A stretch of 64,000 bases of DNA from Vicinamibacteria bacterium (lineage in GTDB: Bacteria; Acidobacteriota; Vicinamibacteria; Marinacidobacterales; Marinacidobacteraceae), in contig CAXXLQ010000004.1 of the NCBI GenBank assembly GCA_963668695.2, positions 2,112,001 to 2,176,000 on the forward strand. Direction: 5' to 3'. Made by a program: the position numbers and the translations under genes. Below are positions 45,813 through 56,400 of the stretch, piece by piece. Positions within the stretch are counted from its first letter, which is position 1. Each line of letters starts with the position of its first letter. The notes below the pieces were generated by a model. It was not told where the DNA came from. It was given only the letters and a program-made list of their open reading frames with translations, and searched no databases.

Positions 45813-46228
45813 ACCGCCGGTGGAAAAACCCACGCGGCCCAGTTGCTGTGAAAATGCAGTTGCGCCGAGCCCCCAACAGGGCGGATGGCGCGCAGGCACG
45901 GGAACGCCGACCTCTGGCCAGTTCTCCCGGTGGGGGCCGGCACGCGCGGGAGCGCGAAACCTGCGCTGGTGACGCCGAGTTCTGCCGACGTGAGTGGCGC
46001 ACCACCTTTTCATGCCGGCGGGGTGAACGGGCCGACCCGATCATGTGGGCTTCTCCCGGTGGGGGCTCGGCCGGCGATCCATCCCGCCTCCGCTTCGCTC
46101 CGTTTCGGTCGAAATACACCCGGCCCAGTTCCCCCGGTGGGGGCTCCTCCCTCGCGCGCCTTGTCAGCCGGACCCCCAGCGGGAGAACTGGCGCTCTCGG
46201 CGCTCACGCGAGTTCCATCACCGGCTGC
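45813..46228. mobile_element. MITE-A copy interrupted by ~200 bp of other repeat DNA
   Basis: Left arm to ~45844, resumes ~46051, ends CACCGGCTGC-TA. Confidence 0.7.
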
Positions 46229-46267
46229 TAACCGCCCAACCGCGAGTACCCCTCAAGGGACCCAACA

Positions 46268-47647
46268 TTGACGAAGAAGAGAAGCTTCCGCGCCTGCGCG
46301 GCCCAGATCAGCCCCGTCTTCATGGACAAGAAGGCGAGCGTCGAAAAATACGCCGAGACGATCCGCGAGGCGGGGCGGCAGGGGGTGGACCTCATCGTGA
46401 CCCCGGAGACCGGGATCCCCGTCTATCCCTACTGGCGGAACAACTTCGGCTACACCGACCCCCAGTCGGCGCGCCTCTGGAAGGAGACCGTGGTCCGCTT
46501 CTACGACGAGGCGGTGCGCATCCCGGGGCCGGAGACCGACGAACTCGGACGCGCCGTCAAGGCCGCTGGACTCACGGCGGTGATCGGCCTCAACGAACAG
46601 GACGACCGGCCGGGCTCGCGCACGCTCTACAACACGATGCTCTTCATCGGTCCCGACGGCGAGATCCTGGGCCGGCACCGGAAGCTCATGCCGACCCACC
46701 AGGAGCGGATCTTCTGGGGCCGGGGGGACGCGAGCGATCTCCGGGTCTTCGACACCCCGTTCGGCGTGCTGGGCGGACTCATCTGCTTCGAGAACCACAT
46801 GACGCTGCTCAAGGCGGCGATGGCGGTGAAGGGCGAAGAGGTCCACGCCGCCTGCTGGCCGGGTTACTGGGCCTACGGCGGGCCCGGCAACACCGTCCGC
46901 GACATGAGCGGGACCCACTATCCGCTCCACCACTCGGACCAGGACTCCGCGGTGCGCGAGTACGCCTTCGAGACCCAGACGTTCGTGGTCTCGGCTTCGC
47001 TCTTCATGACCGAAGCTGACGTGCCGGACGACTTCCCCTACAAGAAGACGACGAACTGGAAGTGGGCGATGGGCGGCAGCGCCATCGCCACCCCCTTCGG
47101 GACCTACGCGGCGGAGCCGCTCTTCGGCAAGGAGGGGTTGGTGATCGCCGATCTCGACCTCGCCGACCGGATCGTCGCGAAGAACGTCTTCGACTGCATG
47201 GGTCACTACACCCGCTGGGACGTGGCCCAGTTGCGCCTCAAGCGCGAAGGTGTCGGCCCGGAGCCCGGGCGGGACGATTTTCGGGCCGACCTTCGGCCTG
47301 GGCGGGCTTCGCGGATCGTGGCAGTTCCCGCGCCGCCGATGGCTCCCGGACCGGAAGACGAGGAAGAGCGCGAGGAGGCGGCCGCCCCGCCGAAGGCCAT
47401 CATGGGCGCGCTCCCGGACAACCTGGCGAAACCGCTACTCGCCGCCCTCAGCGAGAAGTTCGGCCCCGGGACGTTCTCCGCCGCCCGCGCCGAGCTCGAC
47501 AGCGACGACCTCGACGAACTGGCCCGCTCGCACGGCCTCTCGCAAGACGAGGTGATTTCGTTCATCCACGACTTTATTGATCTCATCCGCCGCCGCAGCG
47601 AATTCGTGGTGCCGGATCTGGTCCTCGAAGAGCCCGCTGACGCCTGA
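46268..47647 (+). CDS. Nitrilase (carbon-nitrogen hydrolase) with C-terminal extension
   Basis: Triad E (TPETG), K (HRKLMPT), C (ICFEN); GHY.RWDV. Confidence 0.92.
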   Translation: MTKKRSFRACAAQISPVFMDKKASVEKYAETIREAGRQGVDLIVTPETGIPVYPYWRNNFGYTDPQSARLWKETVVRFYDEAVRIPGPETDELGRAVKAAGLTAVIGLNEQDDRPGSRTLYNTMLFIGPDGEILGRHRKLMPTHQERIFWGRGDASDLRVFDTPFGVLGGLICFENHMTLLKAAMAVKGEEVHAACWPGYWAYGGPGNTVRDMSGTHYPLHHSDQDSAVREYAFETQTFVVSASLFMTEADVPDDFPYKKTTNWKWAMGGSAIATPFGTYAAEPLFGKEGLVIADLDLADRIVAKNVFDCMGHYTRWDVAQLRLKREGVGPEPGRDDFRADLRPGRASRIVAVPAPPMAPGPEDEEEREEAAAPPKAIMGALPDNLAKPLLAALSEKFGPGTFSAARAELDSDDLDELARSHGLSQDEVISFIHDFIDLIRRRSEFVVPDLVLEEPADA

Positions 47648-47680
47648 ACCCGGCGTCCTCTTCGTAATTCCCGTTCCGCC

Positions 47681-48217
47681 ATGGTCCTCGGTCTCCTGAC
47701 CGTCCATCTGGCCGGGATCATCGTGTTCGCCTACACCTGCTTCGGGGTCGGCTCCGGGACGCTCGCCTTCCACATCGGCGCCGGACTCATTGCGGTGCTG
47801 CTGGTGGTGTTCGCCCACACCATGAGCTACTTCTACCTGGTCGCCATGACCAGCATGATGCGGAAGGCGCTCGCCGGGGAGAGCGGGCCGCCGGTGCTGG
47901 TGGACGACCCGCGGGGGCCGGAGCTGCTCGCGCGCAGCCGCCGGCTGAAGGCGAGCGCGATGCCGTGGGGGATGGGGGGCATGGTCCTGCCGATGGCCGC
48001 CTTCATCCTGGGGGGCGGCGCCCACACCCGGGCGTTCCCGGCCGTCATCCACACCGCCGCGGGATACCTGGTGTTCGCGTTCGCCGTCCTGGCGATGGTG
48101 ATGATCGGCTTGGCGCTCCTCCGCCAGAACCGCATCATCGAGGCTTTCCAGGCCTGTGCGGGGACATCGAGCGGTCCGGCAACGGGGGCACTGGACCAGG
48201 TTGGTGGTAGCCAATAG
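47681..48217 (+). CDS. Integral membrane protein (~4 TM, several His)
   Basis: Hydrophobic helices, probably operonic with the nitrilase. Confidence 0.75.
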   Translation: MVLGLLTVHLAGIIVFAYTCFGVGSGTLAFHIGAGLIAVLLVVFAHTMSYFYLVAMTSMMRKALAGESGPPVLVDDPRGPELLARSRRLKASAMPWGMGGMVLPMAAFILGGGAHTRAFPAVIHTAAGYLVFAFAVLAMVMIGLALLRQNRIIEAFQACAGTSSGPATGALDQVGGSQ

Positions 48218-48226
48218 GCTCGTCGT

Positions 48227-48485
48227 GGTCGAGCGGTCCGGAAGGGGGGCGTCGATCCCCGTAGGGGGTTGGTTATTCGTTTGTTTGAAGCTGAGCCCCC
48301 CTTCCGAACCGCCCGGCGCTACGGGCCGGCAATCGAAACTCCCTTGTGCGCCGTAGGCGCACTGTGGCGAGTTCCGATTGGTCGTTACCTTTTGTGAACG
48401 GGGGGCGGTAGCCCCCCGTTCACACTTTCCCCCCGGTCACGCGGGCAGCGAACGAAGTTCGCTGCCATCAGTTTTTTGCGCGCTC
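48227..48485 (+). repeat. Structured repeat family B
   Basis: ~255 bp multi-hairpin element. Confidence 0.85.
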
Positions 48486-48552
48486 AGGTGAGCGCCGCCA
48501 ACCGCAGGTGGCGCGTAGGGCACACAACGCCGGCCCTTCGGTCGGCACCCTA

Positions 48553-48803
48553 GGTCGAGCGGTCCGGAAGGGGGGCGTCGATCCCCGTAGGTGGTTGGTT
48601 ATTCGTTTGTTTGAAGGTGAGCCCCCCTTCCGGACCGCCCGGCGCTTCGCGCCGCGCATCGAAACTTCCTTGCGAGCCTCCGGCGCGCGGCGGCAAGTTC
48701 CGATGCGTCGTTACCTTTTTGTGAAAGGGGAGAATCCCCCCTTTCACACTTTCCCCCGATAACGCGGGCAGCGAACAGAGTTCGCTGCCGTTTGTTCCTG
48801 CTC
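48553..48803 (+). repeat. Structured repeat family B (tandem copy)
   Basis: Colinear with 48227-48485. Confidence 0.85.
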
Positions 48804-49285
48804 GGGTGACGGTGCGCCGCCTGGAGAACGTGGCGCACAGGCCCGGGAACGCTGGGCAGTTCTCCCGGTGGGGCCGTTCAGACCGGCACCGCTGCCCGCA
48901 GGGCAGCGAAAGGCGCAGAGCTCGACTCCGGAGTGGTGTCCTTCTCGGCACGGACTTCAAGCAGGGAAGGTGTCGCACCGGCCCGGGAACGCTGGGCAGT
49001 TCTCCCGGTGGGGCCGTTCACACCGGTACCGCCCCGCGCAGCGGGGCGAGACAGCGTATCCCTTCTGACCCGCGTTTGAGGACACCTCCGCACCACCATT
49101 CATACCGTAACGTCGCCCCGCGTATGTCGTTATTTCACAAACACCTAAGAGGTAATCTCAGGTAGGGAACCCCATCAATCGGAAGTCGTCCGACTGTCCA
49201 TTTCTGTAACCGGAATCGCTGCGCTCTTCCGTATAGTCATCCGCTGGCTCCGTCGCGCCGCGGCCGGTGCGGAGGTTTCTCTCTC

Positions 49286-51616
49286 ATGCATCGCCGAGCG
49301 CCGGTTCCCTGCCGTTTGCTGTTTCGGGGTCCGCTGGCGGCCGTCCTCATCCTCGGCGGAATGGTCCCGGCCAGCGTCGCCGCGCAGACGACGCTCTCGG
49401 GAACGGTCGTATTCGACGGGAACGACGAACCGGCCCACAACGCGGAGGTCGTTCTCCTCGGCACCGACCAAGTTACCCACACCGACGAAGAGGGCCGCTT
49501 CGAGTTCACCGTGGCAAAACCGCACGCCGCCTACGTGGTGCACGCGGACCTTGGCTTCCTGAGCGGCATCCTGACGGTCCTCGCGGACGAACACCCAACC
49601 GACTCGATCCGGCTCGAAGCGCCCGTCGTGCTCCGGGAGGATCACATTCACGAGCGGGTCATGGTGAATTCGCCCGCCGGGACGCTGTCTCTGTTCGAAA
49701 TGCACGGCTCGGTGCGTGTGCTGGAGGGCATGGATCTTCAGGAAAAAACGGCCTTCGATGTCGCCGGAGTGGTGGAGGGAACTCCGGGGGTGGCGCTCAG
49801 CAGCGCCGGCCCCGGCGCCACCCGCCCCATCGTGCGGGGACTCGACGGGGACCGGGTGGTCGTGCTGGAAGACGGCGTGCGCACGGGAGACCTGGGGAGC
49901 CAGTCCCCCGACCGCGGACTGCCGCTCGACCCGCTCCAGGCGGAACGGGTGGAAGTCATCCAGGGACCGGCGATCCTTCTCTACGGACCCTATGCGATCG
50001 GCGGCGCCGTGAATGTCATTTCGATGGGCGCCCACCTCGCGCACGGACCTCCGCGCGGCTTCCGGGGCGTGGGGAGGGGGGACCTCTCTTCCAACGGCCG
50101 GGGACGCCGGGGCGGAGCCCGGGTCATGGCCGCGGGCGCCGGCTGGTTCGCCTGGGGCGGGGCGACCACGGTCCGCAACGACGCGTATTCCAGTCCTGTC
50201 GGCCTGGTGCCGTTGGCCGAATCCTTGATGAACCGCGGCGAGGCCGGTTTCGGGCTCTTCAGCCAACGGACCTGGCTCTCCGGGAGCGTGCGTTTGGAGG
50301 AGAACGCCCGGCTGCTTCCCTTCACCAGCGAGTTCCTCGGGGATGACGTCGAGGAGTCGATCGATTTCACCGATGTGGTGGTGGACGCGGCGCGCCGGCA
50401 GGTTCGCGGCGATTTCGGGATCCGGGATCTGGATTTCGCGTTCCCGGAAGCGGAGTTCACGCTCCGTTTCAGCGATTTCGACATGGACGAGAGGGGACCG
50501 CCCGCTTCCGGCGGCATCCCGGGAATCTCCACCCACTTCGAGAACCGTTCGCTGGTGTTCCGGGGCGAGTTGAAGCGGCCGTCCGGCCGCTGGACCGGCA
50601 CGGTCGGACTGTGGGGCGACCGGCGCGACTACGACGGGTTCGGCCAGGACGCCCGAGCGCCGAGCACCCGCCAGAACGCGCTGGCGGCCTTCGCCTACAA
50701 CGAGATCCAGGCGACCAACCGGTTCGCGCTGCAGTTCGGCGCCCGGCTCGAACGAAACGCCTATGACGCGGGAAACCGCCCGGAATCCGCGGGGCGCGTG
50801 GCGAGCGGAGCATCGGCAAACACATACGAGGCCCGCGCGGTCGTGAACCGGGATTTCCTCGGGGCGTCGGGAAGTGCGCGCGGCCGCCTGACGCTGAACG
50901 AAACCACCGTCCTGACGGGAACGGCGAGCCTCGCCACGCGCAGTCCGTCCATCAAGGAGCTCTACGATTTCGCTCCCAGCATCGCGACCCGAGGCTTCCA
51001 GATCGGGAATCCGAACCTCGCTTCCGAACGTCCGTTTGGCCTTGAGTTGACGCTGAGCCGCACCGCGGAGCCTTTTTCGGGCACGGTCAGCGTCTTCCGC
51101 AACTCCATCGCCGACTTCATCTTCGCCGGGACCACCGGGGATGCGCTGGGCGTCTATCAGGTCATCGAGTTCCGGCAGTCGGACGCCCTCTATCAAGGGT
51201 TCGAAGTCGAGGCGCACCTGGAGGTCGGTTCCGCCGAGGTCGTGGCCGATGTTGCCTATGTGGATGCGCGGCTCACCACGACCGGGGAATACCTCCCGCG
51301 GATCCCCCCGCTCGGCGGCGCCTTGGAGCTCAAGATACCCGCCGGTGACTACCGGCTCTCCTCGCGGCTGCGCTGGGCTGCCCGCATGGATCGGGTGCAC
51401 GTCGGCGAAACGCCCACCGACGGGTACGGAGTGCTGAATCTCACCGCTTCCCGCGCCTTCGTCGGCCTCTTCGGGCACCACACGATCTCGAACGTCTCGC
51501 TCGAGCTGTTCAACGTCACGAATGCCGTGGCCCGCCCCCACACGCACCTGCTGAAGGCGTTGATGCCCGAGATCGGCCGGGGACTCCGGATCAGCTATTC
51601 GCTCGGGTTCTTCTAG
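49286..51616 (+). CDS. TonB-dependent receptor
   Basis: Signal peptide, carboxypeptidase-like N-domain, plug RPIVRGLDGDRV..EVIQGPAILLYG..AIGGAVNVI, GNPNL.SE, C-terminal Phe. Confidence 0.93.
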   Translation: MHRRAPVPCRLLFRGPLAAVLILGGMVPASVAAQTTLSGTVVFDGNDEPAHNAEVVLLGTDQVTHTDEEGRFEFTVAKPHAAYVVHADLGFLSGILTVLADEHPTDSIRLEAPVVLREDHIHERVMVNSPAGTLSLFEMHGSVRVLEGMDLQEKTAFDVAGVVEGTPGVALSSAGPGATRPIVRGLDGDRVVVLEDGVRTGDLGSQSPDRGLPLDPLQAERVEVIQGPAILLYGPYAIGGAVNVISMGAHLAHGPPRGFRGVGRGDLSSNGRGRRGGARVMAAGAGWFAWGGATTVRNDAYSSPVGLVPLAESLMNRGEAGFGLFSQRTWLSGSVRLEENARLLPFTSEFLGDDVEESIDFTDVVVDAARRQVRGDFGIRDLDFAFPEAEFTLRFSDFDMDERGPPASGGIPGISTHFENRSLVFRGELKRPSGRWTGTVGLWGDRRDYDGFGQDARAPSTRQNALAAFAYNEIQATNRFALQFGARLERNAYDAGNRPESAGRVASGASANTYEARAVVNRDFLGASGSARGRLTLNETTVLTGTASLATRSPSIKELYDFAPSIATRGFQIGNPNLASERPFGLELTLSRTAEPFSGTVSVFRNSIADFIFAGTTGDALGVYQVIEFRQSDALYQGFEVEAHLEVGSAEVVADVAYVDARLTTTGEYLPRIPPLGGALELKIPAGDYRLSSRLRWAARMDRVHVGETPTDGYGVLNLTASRAFVGLFGHHTISNVSLELFNVTNAVARPHTHLLKALMPEIGRGLRISYSLGFF

Positions 51617-51621
51617 CGCGG

Positions 51622-51879
51622 GGTCGAGCGTTCCGGAAGGGGGGCACCGACCCCCGCAGGTGTTCGTTATTGGTTTGTTTGAAGGTGAGCCCCCCTTCCG
51701 AACCGCCCGGCGCTTCGCGCCGCAATCGAAACTCCCTTGCGCGCCTTCGGCGCACAGCGGCGAGTTCCGATTGGTCGTTACCTTCTTGTGAAAGGGGGGC
51801 GGTAGCCCCCCTTTCACACTTTCCCCCCGAAAACGCGGGCAGCGAACGGAGTTCGCTGCCATCAGTTTTCTGCGCGCTC
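51622..51879 (+). repeat. Structured repeat family B
   Basis: Colinear with 48227-48485. Confidence 0.85.
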
Positions 51880-52148
51880 GGCTGAGCGCCGCCAACAGAA
51901 CGTGGTGCGCTCGGCAGGGAACGCCGACCTCCGGGCAGTCCTCCCGGTGGGGCCCGGCACCGCTGCCCGACAGGGCGGCGAAACTCCCGTCGCTATTCCC
52001 CGCGTGGCACCGCGATGAATAGGAGCGCCGGTCTTCAGACATCGCGGCCGAAGGCCGCGAGACTCCCATCGTTGTTCCCTATATGGCACCGCGGTGAATA
52101 GGAGCGCCGGTCTGAAGACCGGCGCTCCCGTTGTACGATCCGGCCGCC

Positions 52149-53003
52149 GTGCTCCGAGCCCTGACCCCCCTCATCCTCCTCCTCGCCGCGACCCTCCTCG
52201 CCCCCCCGGCAGCCCCCGCCCAGGACATCGTCCCCGCCCCCGCGGACGCCTCCACCGGCCCGGACACGGTGTTCGTCCAGGAACTCACCTGGACCGAGGT
52301 CGCGGCGCGGGTGCGCGCCGGCACCCGCTCGGTGATCGTGCCGACCGGCGGCACCGAGCAGAACGGGCCGCACATGGTGCTCGGGAAGCACAACTTCATC
52401 ATCCGGGAGGCGTCCGATCGGATCGCCCGCGAACTCGGCGACACGCTGGTGGCCCCGGTCGTCGCCTACGTCCCGGAGGGTGGAATCGATCCGCCGACCG
52501 GCCACATGCGTTACGCCGGCGCCATCACCCTCCCCCAGGAGCACTTCGAGGCGCTCCTCGAATACACGGCGCGCGGCTTCGCGCTCCACGGGTTCGACAA
52601 CATCATCTTTATAGGGGACAGCGGCGGGAACCAGCGGGGCATGGAGGCGGTGGCCACGAAGCTCAACCTCGAATGGCAAGACTCCGGCGGAAAGTCCCGG
52701 GTGCTCTACGTCCCCGAGTATTACCGCGGGAACGGCTTTCGCGAGTGGCTGCTGGAGCAGGGGGTCCCGGAGGACGCCATCGGGAGCCACGCCGGGGTGA
52801 CCGACACCTCGCAGCTCTGGTACGTCGCGCCGGAACAGATCCGGCCGGAGGCGCGAGTCAAGAACGGCGGCTTCGAGGGAAGCGGCGTCAGGGGCGACCC
52901 CACACTCGCCTCGCGGGAATTCGGCGAAAAGGGCATCGAGTTCAAGGTTCAGACGGCGGTCCGCCGGGTGCGCGAGATGCTCGCCGCGCGCTCCCGCGAA
53001 TGA
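52149..53003 (+). CDS. Creatininase-family amidohydrolase with signal peptide, copy 1
   Basis: ELTWTEV, PTGGTEQNGPH, GDSGGN, SHAG..DTS. Confidence 0.88.
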   Translation: MLRALTPLILLLAATLLAPPAAPAQDIVPAPADASTGPDTVFVQELTWTEVAARVRAGTRSVIVPTGGTEQNGPHMVLGKHNFIIREASDRIARELGDTLVAPVVAYVPEGGIDPPTGHMRYAGAITLPQEHFEALLEYTARGFALHGFDNIIFIGDSGGNQRGMEAVATKLNLEWQDSGGKSRVLYVPEYYRGNGFREWLLEQGVPEDAIGSHAGVTDTSQLWYVAPEQIRPEARVKNGGFEGSGVRGDPTLASREFGEKGIEFKVQTAVRRVREMLAARSRE

Positions 53004-53025
53004 CGGCGGCTTCCCGCCCCGCGCC

Positions 53026-53338
53026 GTGATCCCGTCCCAGCGGCATCTCTTCGACATCCCGCGGGACGTCGCCTACCTGAACTGCGCGTACATGTCGCCA
53101 ATGCTCAACAGCGTGGTGGAGGCGGGGACCGCCGGCCTCCGGCGGAAGGCGCACCCCTGGGAGATCACCGTCGGCGACTTTTTCGACGACTTGGAGGCGC
53201 TCCGCGCGACGTGAGCGGAGTTGCCGGGGGCCGGACCCAACGCGCTGGCCATCACCCCCTCGGTGGGCTACGGCCTCTCGCTCGCCGCGAACAACGGGGC
53301 GCTCGGGGCGGGACAGGTGGTCCTGCTCGCGAACGAGC
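53026..53338 (+). pseudogene. Truncated class-V aminotransferase
   Basis: Copy of the 63338 gene with TGG>TGA at 53212-53214 and loss of the 3' part. Confidence 0.88.
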
Positions 53339-53468
53339 GTCATCTTTCCGGTCTGCCGGGCACCGGTTACGACGGTTGGCGGAGCCGCCCCGAGATGGAT
53401 CGCGCGCTCCGATCCCTCTTGTCGCGGACAGTTGCGGTGGCCGGCGCTTCTCGCGGAGAATCGAGGGG

Positions 53469-56400
53469 GTGGAGCGCCCGACTTCCGTTCAGGCGGGCAG
53501 GCGCGCGCATCATCTGTTGGGCGTGATCGCGGTCCTGGCCCTCGGGAGTTGCGCGGACCCGGGAAGCACGCCGAGTCCGGCGCCCCCCACCGTGCCTCTG
53601 GTCCCGGCGCCGCGCGTCACGGGTGAGTTCCTGGATCTGGTGCTGACGGAGCAGGGGGACTCCTTCGCCGTGGACCTTTCCGCCGGGATTGCCGGCGAGG
53701 TCACCGAATGGTCGGCAACCTCGTCCGACCCAAACATCGTGACCGTAGCCGTCGCGAACGGGCGGTTGGAAATCGCGCCGGTGCGGGTGGGCACCGTCGA
53801 GGTCGCGGTCATCGCCCGCAATGCGGGAGGCCAGGTGGAAGCGACTTTCACGGTGCGTGTGATTTCGCGGCCGATAACGCCCCCGACCATGGCCGGCGAG
53901 TTGCGGCCGCTCGTGCTGGATGTTGGCGCCGGCTCGATCCTGGTGGATCTCGGCGGCGCCTTCTCGCCGCCGGGGTTCATCCTGACCGCGCGTTCCCTGG
54001 ACCCTGGGGTCGTCACGGCTTCCGTGTCGGGGACGGTCGTCGTTTTGACGGTAGTCGCCGCGGGCAGCACCACGCTGGAGATCGTCGCGCAGAATTCGGC
54101 CGGGTCGGCGGCCCGAACACTGTCGGTCACGGTGGTGCCGGCCCCGGACACGGTCGGGGACCTGGAGCCACTGGAGCTCATCGCCGGCGCTGCTCCGACC
54201 GTCGTGGATCTTTCGACCGTTTTCCGCCTCTCCACCGGGCTCTTCTTCGAGGCGCGATCGGACGATGACGAGATCGCCACCGCATCCGTCAGCGGGCACG
54301 AACTGACGGTAACCCCGGTCGCGCCTGGAAACACGGCCGTCACGATCACCGCGATCAATGCTGCGGGGAGCGCTAGCCGCATCATCCCGGTAGCCGTGGT
54401 TGCGGAGGGCCGGACAGCGGCTCCGACGCCGGTCGGAACGCTTCCGCCACTGACTCTCAGCGTGGGCGGCGGTTCGGCCGTCATCGACGTCAGCGCCTCC
54501 TTCTCGCCCGGCGGCTTCAGCCTGGAGGCCCAATCGCTCAACCCGAATGTTGCGAGAGTCTCGGTGCGCGAGGATGCGATACTGACCGTGAGGCCGGTGG
54601 GCGCCGGCAGGGCGTCGATCGAGTTGATCGCCCGCAATGCGGCTGGTTCCGCCGCGCGTTACCTCGAGGTGGAGGTCGCGGCGAGTCTGCGGCCGTCCGG
54701 CCAAATCCAGCCTCTCTCGCTAAGTGTCGGTGCGAGCCCTGCGGTCGTGGACCTACAGGACGCGTTCTCGCCCCCGGGATTCGAGGTGGAGGCACGGTCA
54801 TTGAACGAGCGCGTCGCCACGGTGTCGGTGGCGGAGGGGCTGTCGCTGGTGGTGACGCCGGTAGCCGCGGGCAGCACCTCGGTGGTGGTGACGGCGCGCA
54901 ACGCGCACGGAATGGCGACGCAAACGATTCCGGTGACCGTGGCCGCAGCGTTCCCTCGGGCGGTGGGAACGTTCGGGATGGTCTCCTTCGCGGCCGGCGG
55001 ACCGGGGTTCAGGTGGGATGCACAGGCCCACTTCACCCCGGCGGGCCTCCAAATCGAGGCCCGATCCGGAAATCCCCAGGTCGTGACGGCCACGATGAGC
55101 GGGATCTTCCTCACCCTCACGCCGGTGGGGGAGGGCAGCACGTCGGTGGTGGTGACGGCGCGCAACGCGAACGGAACGGCGACGCAAACGATTCCGGTAA
55201 CCGTGGCCGTAGCGGCCCCTCGGGCGGACGGAACGTTGGCGCCGGTCTCCCTCTCGGTCGGCGGACCGGCGGTTGCGGTGGATGTAGAGGCCGGCTTCAC
55301 CCCGGCGGGCCTCCAATTCGAGGCCCGATCCACGAATCCCCAGGTCGTGACGGCCACGATGAGCGGGACCTTCCTCACCCTCAGGCCGGTGGGGGAGGGC
55401 AGCACGTCGGTGGTGGTGACGGCGCGCAACGCGCACGGAACGGCGACGCAAACGATTCCGGTGACCGTGGAGGCACCGGCTCCTCGGACAGACGGAACGT
55501 TGCCGTCGGTCTCCCTGTCGGTCGGCGGACCAGCGGTTGCGTTGGATGTAGGGGCCGGCTTCACCCCGGCGGGCCTCCAAATCGAGGCCCGATCCGGAAA
55601 TCCCCGGGTCGTGACGGCCACGATGAGCGGGACCTTCGTCACCCTCACGCCGGCGGGGGAGGGCAGCACGTCGGTGGTGGTGACGGCGCGCAACGCGAGC
55701 GGGTCGGCGACGCAGACGATTTCGGTGACCGTGGCCGCAAGGTTCCCTCGGGCGGTGGGAACGTTCGCGCCGGTCTCCCTTTCGGCCGGCGGACTGGCGA
55801 TTGCGGTGGATGCAAGGGCCGGCTTCACCCTGGGGGGCCTCCAATTCGAGGCCCGGTCCGGAAATCCCCAGGTCGTGACGGCTACGGTGAACGGGCCCCT
55901 CGTCACCCTCACACCGGTAGCCGCGGGCAGCACGTCGGTGGTGGTGACGGCGCGCAACGCGAACGGATCGGCGACGCAGACGATATCGGTGACCGTGGCC
56001 GCAGCGCCCCCTCGGGCGGTGGGAACGTTCCCGCGGGTCTCCCTCTCGGCCGGCGGACCGGCGGTTGCGGTGGATGCAAGGGCCGGCTTCACCCCGGGGG
56101 GCCTCCAATTCGAGGCCCGGTCCGGAAATCCCCAGGTCGTGACGGCCACGGTGAACGGGCCCCTCGTCACCCTCACACCGGTAGCCGCGGGCAGCACGTC
56201 GGTGGTGGTGACGGCGCGCAACGCGAACGGATCGGCGACGCAGACGATATCGGTGACCGTGGAGGCAGCGGCCCCTCGGGCAGACGGAACGTTGGTGCCG
56301 GTCTCCCTCTCGGTCGGCGGACCGGCGGTTGCGGTGGATGTAGAGGCCGGCTTCACCCCGGCGGGCCTCCAATTCGAGGCCCGATCCACGAATCCCCAGG

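Larger units (their letters stand above)
52129..53338 (+). repeat. ~1.2-kb direct repeat (copy 1; copy 2 at 62441-63650)
   Basis: Near-identical sequence at offset 10312. Confidence 0.93.
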
